A DNA stretch of 63,687 nt, the filler included, from an uncultured Rhodopirellula sp. (GTDB lineage Bacteria > Planctomycetota > Planctomycetia > Pirellulales > Pirellulaceae), in NCBI GenBank assembly GCA_964007735.1. It is 13 parts of 13 records of this genome, joined end to end, with 100 filler letters (N's around TTAATTAATTAA, not from the genome) between each part and the next. Parts side by side here need not be neighbours in the genome. Positions count along the whole stretch, not along the records: positions 6,281 to 12,105 come from CAXGAI010000106.1; positions 12,206 to 17,466 come from CAXGAI010000107.1; 11 more parts are not named here. The stretch is one strand, 5' to 3'. The first letter of the stretch is position 1; each line of letters starts with the position of its first letter. The notes beneath the pieces were generated by a model. It made no database searches. It saw only the letters and a list, made by a program, of their open reading frames with translations, and was not told the DNA's origin. Made by a program: the position numbers and the translations under genes. Below are positions 9,660 through 17,566 of this stretch, one piece after another.

Positions 9660-10409
9660 CTACTTGAGCCGAAGACTGTATTTTTTCAACCAGGACTCCG
9701 CAGCTTTATGATTTGGGCAGAGCTTGGCCAAGCTCGACCAAAAACGGGGAGAATGGTCGAGATATTCCAAATGGGTTAACTCATGGAGTATGACATATTC
9801 CCGGACAAATAATGGCAACTGGATGAGGCGCCAATTCAGGGAAATTGTCCCACTGTTGGAGCAGGATCCCCAACGGGTTTTCTGATTTCGAATGCTGATC
9901 CGCTTGGGCTGAAATCCGTGTCGCTTGGCCAAGCGCTTGGTTACGCTTGGTAACACCTCCTTGGCCAAGTTCTTCAGATATTGTTCCACAACACAGATTG
10001 TATTTTCCTCCAAAAGGGATTGTTTGGGAACGTGTACGCCGGCGAATATGACCGATTCAGGATCATTGGGTGTTGGTTCAATCGGCACTGCTCGCCCTTG
10101 GTAATAGATCAAATTGGATAATCCTTCTTTGGGGACCAGGGCGTCATGAAGTCGTTGCGAGTGGAACTGTTTCTCGATCCACCGGATATTTTCGGAAACA
10201 AACCGAAGTGCTTCCCGTTTCGATCCTCCCCTCGGAATGGTGACTCGGAGCACCAATTCAGGCAAAAGCCGAATGATGTATTTTTTTGCACGCTTGTTTC
10301 GGATGATGTCCAGAGGCAGTTTTGTGGGGCCAATCATCACACCTTCTTGGCTTACTCTGTCATCCAGCGTTGGGATGTTGAGAAGGTTTTCCAAGAAGTC
10401 CAGTTGCAC
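9660..10409 (-). CDS. YgjP/DUF45 (M48-like) zinc-dependent hydrolase
   Basis: IRNQKTRWGSCS, ISLNWRLI, YVILHELTHLEYLDHSPRFW. Confidence 0.9.
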   Translation of the reverse strand: MQLDFLENLLNIPTLDDRVSQEGVMIGPTKLPLDIIRNKRAKKYIIRLLPELVLRVTIPRGGSKREALRFVSENIRWIEKQFHSQRLHDALVPKEGLSNLIYYQGRAVPIEPTPNDPESVIFAGVHVPKQSLLEENTICVVEQYLKNLAKEVLPSVTKRLAKRHGFQPKRISIRNQKTRWGSCSNSGTISLNWRLIQLPLFVREYVILHELTHLEYLDHSPRFWSSLAKLCPNHKAAESWLKKYSLRLK

Positions 10410-10528
10410 GGCAGCAACCTATCGACCGTATGACATTACTTCAAGTGCGGTCTGATAATTTGAAATCTTCAAATTGTGTATTGAAAAGAGATCACCCACA
10501 ATCTGTAGTGGTCAAATACGATTCTTGG

Positions 10529-10586
10529 TTTTCCACAACCTATTTATCCCAACCTTATTGAAAAGTTATTCACAATTTTGCCAACA
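10529..10586. promoter_or_regulatory. Cluster of DnaA-box-like 9-mers
   Basis: TTTTCCACA (10529-10537) and TTATTCACA (10566-10574) fit TTWTNCACA; degenerate copies TTATCCCAA (10544), inverted TATTGAAAA (10556), TTGCCAACA (10578). Confidence 0.5.
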
Positions 10587-10808
10587 ATGGTCGCTTGATT
10601 AGTTTATGTATTTTGGTAAGCAAGCGTGCTTTTTAATATAGAAAAGTCACAGCCCGTTTCTAAAAAACCATGTTTTTTTCCTTTATTTGGCAAAAAATAT
10701 CCTACGCAACTAATTATTAAAACTAGTTATCTTTAAACGTAAGATCGAGATGGGATGAGGACATAAAATATTGTGCGAAAAAATTGGTTAAAAAATCGAA
10801 AAAAACGC

Positions 10809-10836
10809 TTGCGCCAAGAGGGTTCCTTGTTACTTT
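10809..10836 (+). promoter_or_regulatory. Putative sigma70 promoter of the porin gene
   Basis: TTGCGC-16 nt-TACTTT with extended -10 TG and upstream A tracts. Confidence 0.5.
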
Positions 10837-10842
10837 GCCGCT

Positions 10843-10911
10843 CAGGTGCGTCCCTTAAGGCGTACTGGAATAGCCGGTTGTTATTCCTGATGACCTCGGA
10901 AGAGGGCATCA
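10843..10911 (+). ncRNA. Candidate structured 5' leader (three back-to-back hairpins)
   Basis: Hairpins at 10843-10867, 10867-10887 and 10888-10911 (last has a GGAA tetraloop), starting about 7 nt after the putative -10. Confidence 0.4.
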
Positions 10912-10967
10912 AAACTAAATCCTATACGTATAGAAAAAAAATAAGTTCTCAGGAGGAACTAATCAAA

Positions 10968-11984
10968 ATGAAAATGAACAAATGGACTGTGGGTCTGGCT
11001 GCCGCTGGTGTTGTCAGTCTCGCTTCGACTGCTCAGGCAGAAGAAAATAGTGTGTTGACGTCTCTTTCGTCGACTGTGTTGAGCGGATCTGTTGAAGCAT
11101 CCTACGTTGGATCTTTCAGCAGCGACAATAACCTATATGGTGAAGACGGCTTCTCGGCTAATGGTGCTAGCTTATCTCTTAGTAGCCCAGGCTCTGGGGA
11201 AGGTTACAGTGCTGGATACAATTTCGAATTGTTGTTCGGCAATCGGGCTCATGATTTTGCTGGAGAAGATACGCATATCAAGAATGCTAACATCTCCCTA
11301 AGTCTTCCTGTTGGTAATGGCGTTGATCTAACTCTTGGCCATTTTGACACAATCGTTGGTTATGAGGTTGAAGCTAGTGCTTCTAACCCAAACGTTGATC
11401 GTTCATACGGGTATGATTTAGAGCCTTTCACTCATACTGGTGTTCTGGCGTCTACTTCATTGATGGATAACGTTAGTGTAACTCTTGGACTTGCTAACGC
11501 ATTCGACTCTTCCTACAACAGTCAACCTAGTGCTGAATTAGACGGTACTTTTGGTTTTCTGGGCGGTGTTGAGGTAACAGTCCCGGAAGGATTGGGCTTT
11601 TTGTCGGGCAGTTCGGTATACGTAGCGTATGCTGATGGTTCCGATACTGAAGACTCTTTGTTTTACGTTGGTGCTTCAGTTGAAACTCCAATTGATGGCG
11701 TAGGAATTGGTATCGCTTATGATGACCGAGAGTTTGATAGCGGAGCTCCTGATGCTGATGCGCTTGCATTTTATGCTACATACGGTTTGAGCGAATCTAT
11801 GGATTTGGCTCTTCGTTACGACACACTTGATACCGGTGACGACACTATGTCTATGTTGACCGTTACATTGGGTGTTAGTCTCTGGGACAATCTCTTGACA
11901 AGAGTCGAGCTCAATGCTGAGGAAGGCAACGCAGACACCGGTTCAAGTACTGGATTTCTGGTTAACGCCTTTTACGCATTCTAA
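10968..11984 (+). CDS. Outer-membrane beta-barrel porin (bbp2/OmpL-like)
   Basis: AGGAGG at 10951; signal MKMNKWTVGLAAAGVVSLASTAQA; LGHFDTIVGYEV...NPNVDRSY...EPFTHTG; C-terminal aromatic FYAF. Confidence 0.85.
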   Translation: MKMNKWTVGLAAAGVVSLASTAQAEENSVLTSLSSTVLSGSVEASYVGSFSSDNNLYGEDGFSANGASLSLSSPGSGEGYSAGYNFELLFGNRAHDFAGEDTHIKNANISLSLPVGNGVDLTLGHFDTIVGYEVEASASNPNVDRSYGYDLEPFTHTGVLASTSLMDNVSVTLGLANAFDSSYNSQPSAELDGTFGFLGGVEVTVPEGLGFLSGSSVYVAYADGSDTEDSLFYVGASVETPIDGVGIGIAYDDREFDSGAPDADALAFYATYGLSESMDLALRYDTLDTGDDTMSMLTVTLGVSLWDNLLTRVELNAEEGNADTGSSTGFLVNAFYAF

Positions 11985-11986
11985 TT

Positions 11987-12038
11987 TAATCCTGCCAAGC
12001 AGGATTACGAAGCCCCTCCCTTTGGAGGGGCTTTTTTT
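11987..12038 (+). terminator. 3' hairpin plus intrinsic terminator
   Basis: TAATCCTGC-caa-GCAGGATTA, then AAGCCCCTCC-cttt-GGAGGGGCTT and a T run. Confidence 0.9.
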
Positions 12039-12105
12039 GTGACTTGTCGTGAGTTGAAACTTGAAACTTGACCTATTGGATTAGATTCTCGAGCCGTTGC
12101 TGCTA

Positions 12106-12205
12106 NNNNNNNNNNNNNNNNNNNNNNNNNNNNNNNNNNNNNNNNNNNNTTAATTAATTAANNNNNNNNNNNNNNNNNNNNNNNNNNNNNNNNNNNNNNN
12201 NNNNN
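12106..12205. other. Artificial contig linker
   Basis: N44-TTAATTAATTAA-N44. Confidence 0.99.
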
Positions 12206-12363
12206 TTCATGGCTCTGCAGGCAAAGGCCGCTACAACCGCTATATCGTATTGATCGATGTTAATGCAGATCCTGCTCGGTTTGTTTCCGTTTTGTGCCCA
12301 TCAGGCGATGAAACAGATGCAGAGTTTTCAGTCTTCCAAGGCGGTGGTGGTCATGCCCACTAA
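12206..12363 (+). CDS. C-terminal fragment of an unidentified protein
   Basis: Open frame HGSAGKGRYNRYIVLID...FQGGGGHAH* followed by a strong hairpin. Confidence 0.4.
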
Positions 12364-12408
12364 CCTAGCTTGATTGGGAGCATTTGGTTCCTAAGCTGTT
12401 CTAATATT

Positions 12409-12456
12409 ATTTCAGGGGACAATGCCACGCATGGTGTTGTCCCCTGAAATGTTTTT
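12409..12456. terminator. Long hairpin, likely bidirectional terminator
   Basis: ATTTCAGGGGACAATGCCA-cgca-TGGTGTTGTCCCCTGAAAT between convergent genes. Confidence 0.8.
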
Positions 12457-12470
12457 GTTGTTCGTTAGAA

Positions 12471-13190
12471 TTAGCTGGTTCGTTCGAGTGAATATATTTC
12501 GACGTCGACTCCGGTAGAGAAGTGTACAAGATCCGGTGATGAATTTAGGTTTGTCAATCCATTGACGTCCAGTAACTGATCCTCGAAGTTCACTAAACTT
12601 GCTTCGCGCGCGGGATAGGGTACATGATGCACCTGGCCACGTAATATTTCCCCACGGAGTTGAGTGAAGAGTAGGTAACGTTCCAAAAGGAAATACTCCA
12701 GCGAGTCGGGTTGGCTTGGAGCGATTGGTTGCCCGACCTTTATTTTGATTTGCGATTGGACGTCGTTGCCCCGTTTCAGTTCGTACTGATAAGTGTTTTG
12801 CTCATTCAAAAAGGTCATATCCGAGTAGAAATACGGGAGGTGCCAGATCCACCTCGCGATTTTAACGGCGGTCAATGAACTAGCATCTAGCGAAAAAAAG
12901 AAGACGCCGGGTTCATTGTTGTGCAGAACATAAGTTCTGACGTTGGTCTCCAGAAAATTAAATCCCAGAAATCGAGGGCACCAGGCAGGCCGTATGTTTT
13001 TCATTTCAAATGGGACCAATCCCACATAAGCTTTGCCCTGAAAAAGATCCGGCTGAAGTCCTTCAGGAAGTAGAAGTTCTAATTCTCCGACGGGCACCTC
13101 CCAGTGGAGAAAGGCCAAATTCCTCCAGGATTGATATCCTTTTATCTTTTCGGCAGGGCGCTGTCGTGGAAGTATGCGATCAATATCCAT
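12471..13190 (-). CDS. YqjF / DUF2071 family protein
   Basis: QSWRNLAFLHW, FLETNVRTYV, GVFFFSLDA, LEYFLLERY, VHHVPY. Confidence 0.88.
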   Translation of the reverse strand: MDIDRILPRQRPAEKIKGYQSWRNLAFLHWEVPVGELELLLPEGLQPDLFQGKAYVGLVPFEMKNIRPAWCPRFLGFNFLETNVRTYVLHNNEPGVFFFSLDASSLTAVKIARWIWHLPYFYSDMTFLNEQNTYQYELKRGNDVQSQIKIKVGQPIAPSQPDSLEYFLLERYLLFTQLRGEILRGQVHHVPYPAREASLVNFEDQLLDVNGLTNLNSSPDLVHFSTGVDVEIYSLERTS

Positions 13191-13305
13191 CTTAAAATCC
13201 TATTACCTCGTCACGCCTGTATGGTATCCATGACGATAGAACTGGTTAGCCTGAAAGATTTGAAAGCTCTGGAACTCATCCAAAAACTGATGGAGCATTG
13301 ATTTA

Positions 13306-14850
13306 CTACTGCCTTTGTAAAGCGTGGCCATGCAAACCACCGGTGACCTTACCGCGATAGACCGAGAGCTCGCCACCAATCAAGACATATTCGATTCCTT
13401 CGCAGTACTGATGAGGGTCATCAAAGGTTGCTGCATCTTTGAGTTTGTCGGGATCAAAGACAGCAAGGTCAGCAATCAATCCGGGTTTGACAATGCCTCG
13501 ATCTTTCATTCCCAATATTTCCGCTGGCAGCGAAGTGGAGCTTCGAATCGCCTGACCGATGCTAATGACTTTTTCAGTTTGAGCAAACTGATGAATTTTT
13601 CGTGGAAACGTACCATAGCTGCGAGGATGAGGTTTGTCAGCACCGGGTAAATAAGCACGCCCGTCGGAAGCGGTAGCAACCCAGGGTACTGTCATAACGT
13701 GCCGAATATCTTCAGGACTCATACTAAAGCTAACGACCGAGGCTCCCCCGTTACGTTCAATCTTCTCTACAACCTCCAGCCCGGACAGTTTAGTCTCGTT
13801 AGCGATTTCGGCGACGCTTTTTCCGACCCATTCCTGCTTGAAGCAGCGAGCGATCCTGATCGTCGCTCCTCCATCACGGCGTTTTAGACCATCTCGGATA
13901 CTTTGCCGTATCTTGTCACCATTTTCTTCAGAGTCCAGACGTTTTAACATTTCCTGACGTCCACCGGCACGTGCCCAGGTTGGGATGAGCGTCGCACTTA
14001 GCGAGGTGCTCGATGCTCGATATGGATATTGATCTGCGGTGACAATTTGTCCTTTTTGCCGCGCTGCTTCGATTACCTTCACCGCCACACGTACCAATCC
14101 CCAGTTATTTTGCCCGCTCGATTTAAAATGAGAAATATGGACTGGCAAGCCTGCTTGTTTGCCAATATCCATTGCTTCCTGAACGGAATCAAGTAATACG
14201 CTACCTTCTCCACGGATATGACTAGCATAGATCCCGCCATGTTCACTGACGACCTTTGCAATGGCCACCAATTCTTCGGTATCGGCATAAGAGCTGGGGA
14301 CGTAAATGAGACCGGTTGACATTCCCCATGCGCCGTCCTGCATAGCCTTCTCGGCTAGCGTTAGCATTTCTTCCAGCTCTTTTTCGGTAGGTTCGCGGCG
14401 TTCGCTACCCATGACGGCCAGTCGTAATCCACCTTGCGGTAACAGATGAGCAATATTAGTTCCGGCACCTGCGTTATTGATCTGTTCATAATATTTCGCA
14501 ACGTCCACTGGTCCGGAACCGCAGTTACCCGTGACCACGGTTGTACAGCCCTGTAGAAGATAATTGACATTAGCACGTGTGGCCTCCACCACAATCTGCC
14601 GATCACTGTGGTTGTGAAGATCAATGAAGCCCGGACAGAGTATTTTATCAGTACAGTCAATTTCAAGTGTAGCTGTATGGGGAAGCATCTTGCCAACAGC
14701 AACAATGCTTCCGTTATGAATGGCAACATCCCCTGTCGCCGGTGACGTGGAGATGCCATCGTAGATAGTGGCATTGGTCAGTAATACATCAGCAGGCTGG
14801 GCAAGCGCCTGCGTGGTAAAAAGAAGCAGAACGAAAGTCAGGCGAAGCAT
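13306..14850 (-). CDS. N-acyl-D-amino-acid deacylase (D-aminoacylase family amidohydrolase), secreted
   Basis: PGFIDLHNHSD, GCTTVVTGNCG, GMSTGLIYVP, SHIRGE, ADQYPY, HPRSYGTFPR. Confidence 0.9.
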   Translation of the reverse strand: MLRLTFVLLLFTTQALAQPADVLLTNATIYDGISTSPATGDVAIHNGSIVAVGKMLPHTATLEIDCTDKILCPGFIDLHNHSDRQIVVEATRANVNYLLQGCTTVVTGNCGSGPVDVAKYYEQINNAGAGTNIAHLLPQGGLRLAVMGSERREPTEKELEEMLTLAEKAMQDGAWGMSTGLIYVPSSYADTEELVAIAKVVSEHGGIYASHIRGEGSVLLDSVQEAMDIGKQAGLPVHISHFKSSGQNNWGLVRVAVKVIEAARQKGQIVTADQYPYRASSTSLSATLIPTWARAGGRQEMLKRLDSEENGDKIRQSIRDGLKRRDGGATIRIARCFKQEWVGKSVAEIANETKLSGLEVVEKIERNGGASVVSFSMSPEDIRHVMTVPWVATASDGRAYLPGADKPHPRSYGTFPRKIHQFAQTEKVISIGQAIRSSTSLPAEILGMKDRGIVKPGLIADLAVFDPDKLKDAATFDDPHQYCEGIEYVLIGGELSVYRGKVTGGLHGHALQRQ

Positions 14851-15057
14851 CCGTATTGTTTCCTTATGTGGAATGATCAGCACGATGTTGAAGAGTCAAT
14901 TAGAACATGAAATGGAATTCCATATGGCGAACAAATTTCAACTTGCGATTTAAATGGAATAGCTCTGGGCTTGAAAAGAAAAGCTTGCATACAACAAGGA
15001 ACATCAATAAGTTGCAGAGTATGGATTAGGGCTTATTTGAAATTGGAAAAAAGAACA

Positions 15058-16119
15058 ATGAGTGAAGACATTAAGGTGCTGATTGTTGGTGCCGGCTTTA
15101 TGGGGACTTTGCACGCTAAGGCTTATGATCAAATAGATGGTGTGCAAAATGTCGGAATTGTAACTCGTAATCTTAGTAGTTCAGAGAATCTGGCTGAGAT
15201 TCTTGGTGGCGACATTCCGCGTTTTACCAATTTCGAAGAAGCGCTTGAACAGACGCGTCCCGATGCTGTGGCGATTAGCACTTATACAGACTCTCATTAC
15301 CACTACGTCTCAACAGCCCTGAAACGAGGGCTCGATGTGTTTGTGGAAAAACCACTGGCTGAGACGATTGACGAGTGTCAGGAACTATTCGATCTGGCCA
15401 ACAGCGTTAATAAGAAACTCTACGTCGGTTATATCCTCATGACCCACCCTTCATGGAACAAATTCATTGAAGTTTCTCATGATCTGGGCAAGCCGTTGGC
15501 TATGCGTATGAATCTTAATCAACAGGCTAAGGGCGACTTTTACGACACGCTCCACAATATTATGCAGGTCCAGTCTCCCATTGTGGATTGTGGTGTGCAT
15601 TATGTAGACATCATGTATCAGATGGCTCAAAGTAAACCCGTTCGTGTACATGCGATTGGTTGTCGTAACTGGGACAAAGTACCTGAGCATATTAACAATT
15701 ACGGTCAGTTGCAGGTTGAGTTTGAAGATGGCTCAGTGGGATGGTATGAAGCTGGATGGGGACCGATGATGAGTGAAGTTGCCTATTTTGTCAAAGATGT
15801 TGTTGGCCCGGATGGAGCAGCAAGTATCTGCCCGGACAAAGGTCGCTCTGATGATAAAGATCATCATGTGGAAGCGAATACCATCATCCGCCATTTCTCG
15901 GAGCAGGTGGACAAGGAATTCGTCAAAGAGGACGAAGTGATTAATATCAATGAACCCGATCACGATGGTTTGGCTCTGCTGGAACAACAGGAATTTATTG
16001 ATTGCATTCGCAATGATAAAGATATGTCCGCTCATCAGGATCGTGTGATGACAAGTTTACGGATTGTCTTTGCCGCGGATGAATCTCAACGTACTAAGCG
16101 TGTCGTGGAACTGTCATGA
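15058..16119 (+). CDS. Gfo/Idh/MocA family oxidoreductase
   Basis: GAGFMG Rossmann motif; VFVEKPLA; DCGVHYVD. Confidence 0.9.
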   Translation: MSEDIKVLIVGAGFMGTLHAKAYDQIDGVQNVGIVTRNLSSSENLAEILGGDIPRFTNFEEALEQTRPDAVAISTYTDSHYHYVSTALKRGLDVFVEKPLAETIDECQELFDLANSVNKKLYVGYILMTHPSWNKFIEVSHDLGKPLAMRMNLNQQAKGDFYDTLHNIMQVQSPIVDCGVHYVDIMYQMAQSKPVRVHAIGCRNWDKVPEHINNYGQLQVEFEDGSVGWYEAGWGPMMSEVAYFVKDVVGPDGAASICPDKGRSDDKDHHVEANTIIRHFSEQVDKEFVKEDEVININEPDHDGLALLEQQEFIDCIRNDKDMSAHQDRVMTSLRIVFAADESQRTKRVVELS

Positions 16120-16174
16120 CGGTTTTAAGACCCGTGGAACGATATAAGTTGGGTTATTTCATCAGTAGGCGAAG

Positions 16175-17284
16175 TCAAACCGGTTCATTCAGATATGGTC
16201 CGCGATGATGTTCCAAGGCATCCCAGTCCAGACAAACACCATGCCCGGGACGTGAGGGTGCCGTGGCAAATCCGTCTTTGATTTGAAGCGGATGCTCTAA
16301 GAATCTTTCCAGACCGAAGCCATGGGCTTCCAGGAAAGAGGCGTTGGGGACGGCGGCCAGCAAATGTACATGCAGGTCATGCACACCATGCGATGTGACT
16401 GGTAGCCCTGCCAGCTTTGCCATTTGCGCAACTTTGAGCCAGACCGTGATTCCACCGACATTGGCAACATCAGGCTCGGGGTATGAAACTCCACCTGTAG
16501 CGATGAGTTTTTCAAATTCATAAATGGTATGGAGGTTTTCCCCACTGGCAACGGGTATTCCGCCTTCTGTCAGTACCTGTCGATGACCTTCGAAATCTTC
16601 CGGAATGACGGGTTCTTCCAGCCAGTAAATGTTGTAATCTTTAAACGCTTTGGCAGCTTCAGTGGCTTGTTTGACGGACCAACGCATATTGGCATCAATC
16701 ATTAAGGGTAAATCAGGCCCGAGAAAATCTCGCATCGCAGCGACTCGCTGAACGTCTTCTTCCAGTTTGTCACGCCCGACTTTCATCTTGATCGCTCTGA
16801 AACCACGATCAAGATTCTCTTGTGTTTGTGCTTCCAGACGATCTATCGGTAATTGCAGGTCGATACCACCCGCGTAAGCTTTGACCTGATCGTCGACACC
16901 TCCGAGAAACTTCCAGAGGGGTTGGTTGGCTCGTTGAGACTTTAGATCCCACAACGCGATATCGACAGCGGAGATCGCAAATGATGCAATTCCACCACGT
17001 CCGACGTAGTGCAACGCCCACCATAGCCTGTCAAAAATTTGATCGATATCATTGGGGTCTTCACCCAATAGTAAACGTTCGATGTCGTGCTCCAGCATGG
17101 CGAGCGTGGCTGCACCGCCGGTTTTACCAACGGTATAGGTATAACCAAGCCCTTCCAGCCCTTGGTTGTCTTTGATACGTACGGTCACGAGGGCAAAATG
17201 TTCCATCACACCGTGGGTGGAATCTGTGAGCACTTCAGGCAGGGGAATGTAGAACAAATCACAGGAAATAGATTGGATTTTCAT
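16175..17284 (-). CDS. Mandelate racemase / muconate lactonizing enzyme family protein
   Basis: SAVDIALWDL, KMK, MIDAN, WLEEP, SGEN, TSHG. Confidence 0.9.
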   Translation of the reverse strand: MKIQSISCDLFYIPLPEVLTDSTHGVMEHFALVTVRIKDNQGLEGLGYTYTVGKTGGAATLAMLEHDIERLLLGEDPNDIDQIFDRLWWALHYVGRGGIASFAISAVDIALWDLKSQRANQPLWKFLGGVDDQVKAYAGGIDLQLPIDRLEAQTQENLDRGFRAIKMKVGRDKLEEDVQRVAAMRDFLGPDLPLMIDANMRWSVKQATEAAKAFKDYNIYWLEEPVIPEDFEGHRQVLTEGGIPVASGENLHTIYEFEKLIATGGVSYPEPDVANVGGITVWLKVAQMAKLAGLPVTSHGVHDLHVHLLAAVPNASFLEAHGFGLERFLEHPLQIKDGFATAPSRPGHGVCLDWDALEHHRGPYLNEPV

Positions 17285-17316
17285 GAATTCAATAAGAGAG
17301 TTATTCAGTGAAGTTC

Positions 17317-17361
17317 AAAAAAACAACCGTGCCGAGACTGGATAAGTCATCGACACGGTTG
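17317..17361 (-). terminator. Intrinsic terminator of an upstream truncated minus-strand gene
   Basis: Minus strand CAACCGTGTCGAtGACT-tatcc-AGTCTCGGCACGGTTG followed by T7. Confidence 0.7.
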
Positions 17362-17466
17362 CACCATTAATTAGACCTGATCCATCCGTTGACACGGCAC
17401 CGGTCTCAGGCGGGTGGACGCCCATGCGGGCAATCCGCCGATTGGCATTAGGCGTTTCCACCTCTT

Positions 17467-17566
17467 NNNNNNNNNNNNNNNNNNNNNNNNNNNNNNNNNN
17501 NNNNNNNNNNTTAATTAATTAANNNNNNNNNNNNNNNNNNNNNNNNNNNNNNNNNNNNNNNNNNNN
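17467..17566. other. Artificial contig linker
   Basis: N44-TTAATTAATTAA-N44. Confidence 0.99.

Noticed and set aside
10773..10967. 65-aa N-terminal extension of the porin in the ORF track
   Set aside because: A clear RBS and signal peptide define the start at 10968; the upstream frame covers the promoter and leader.
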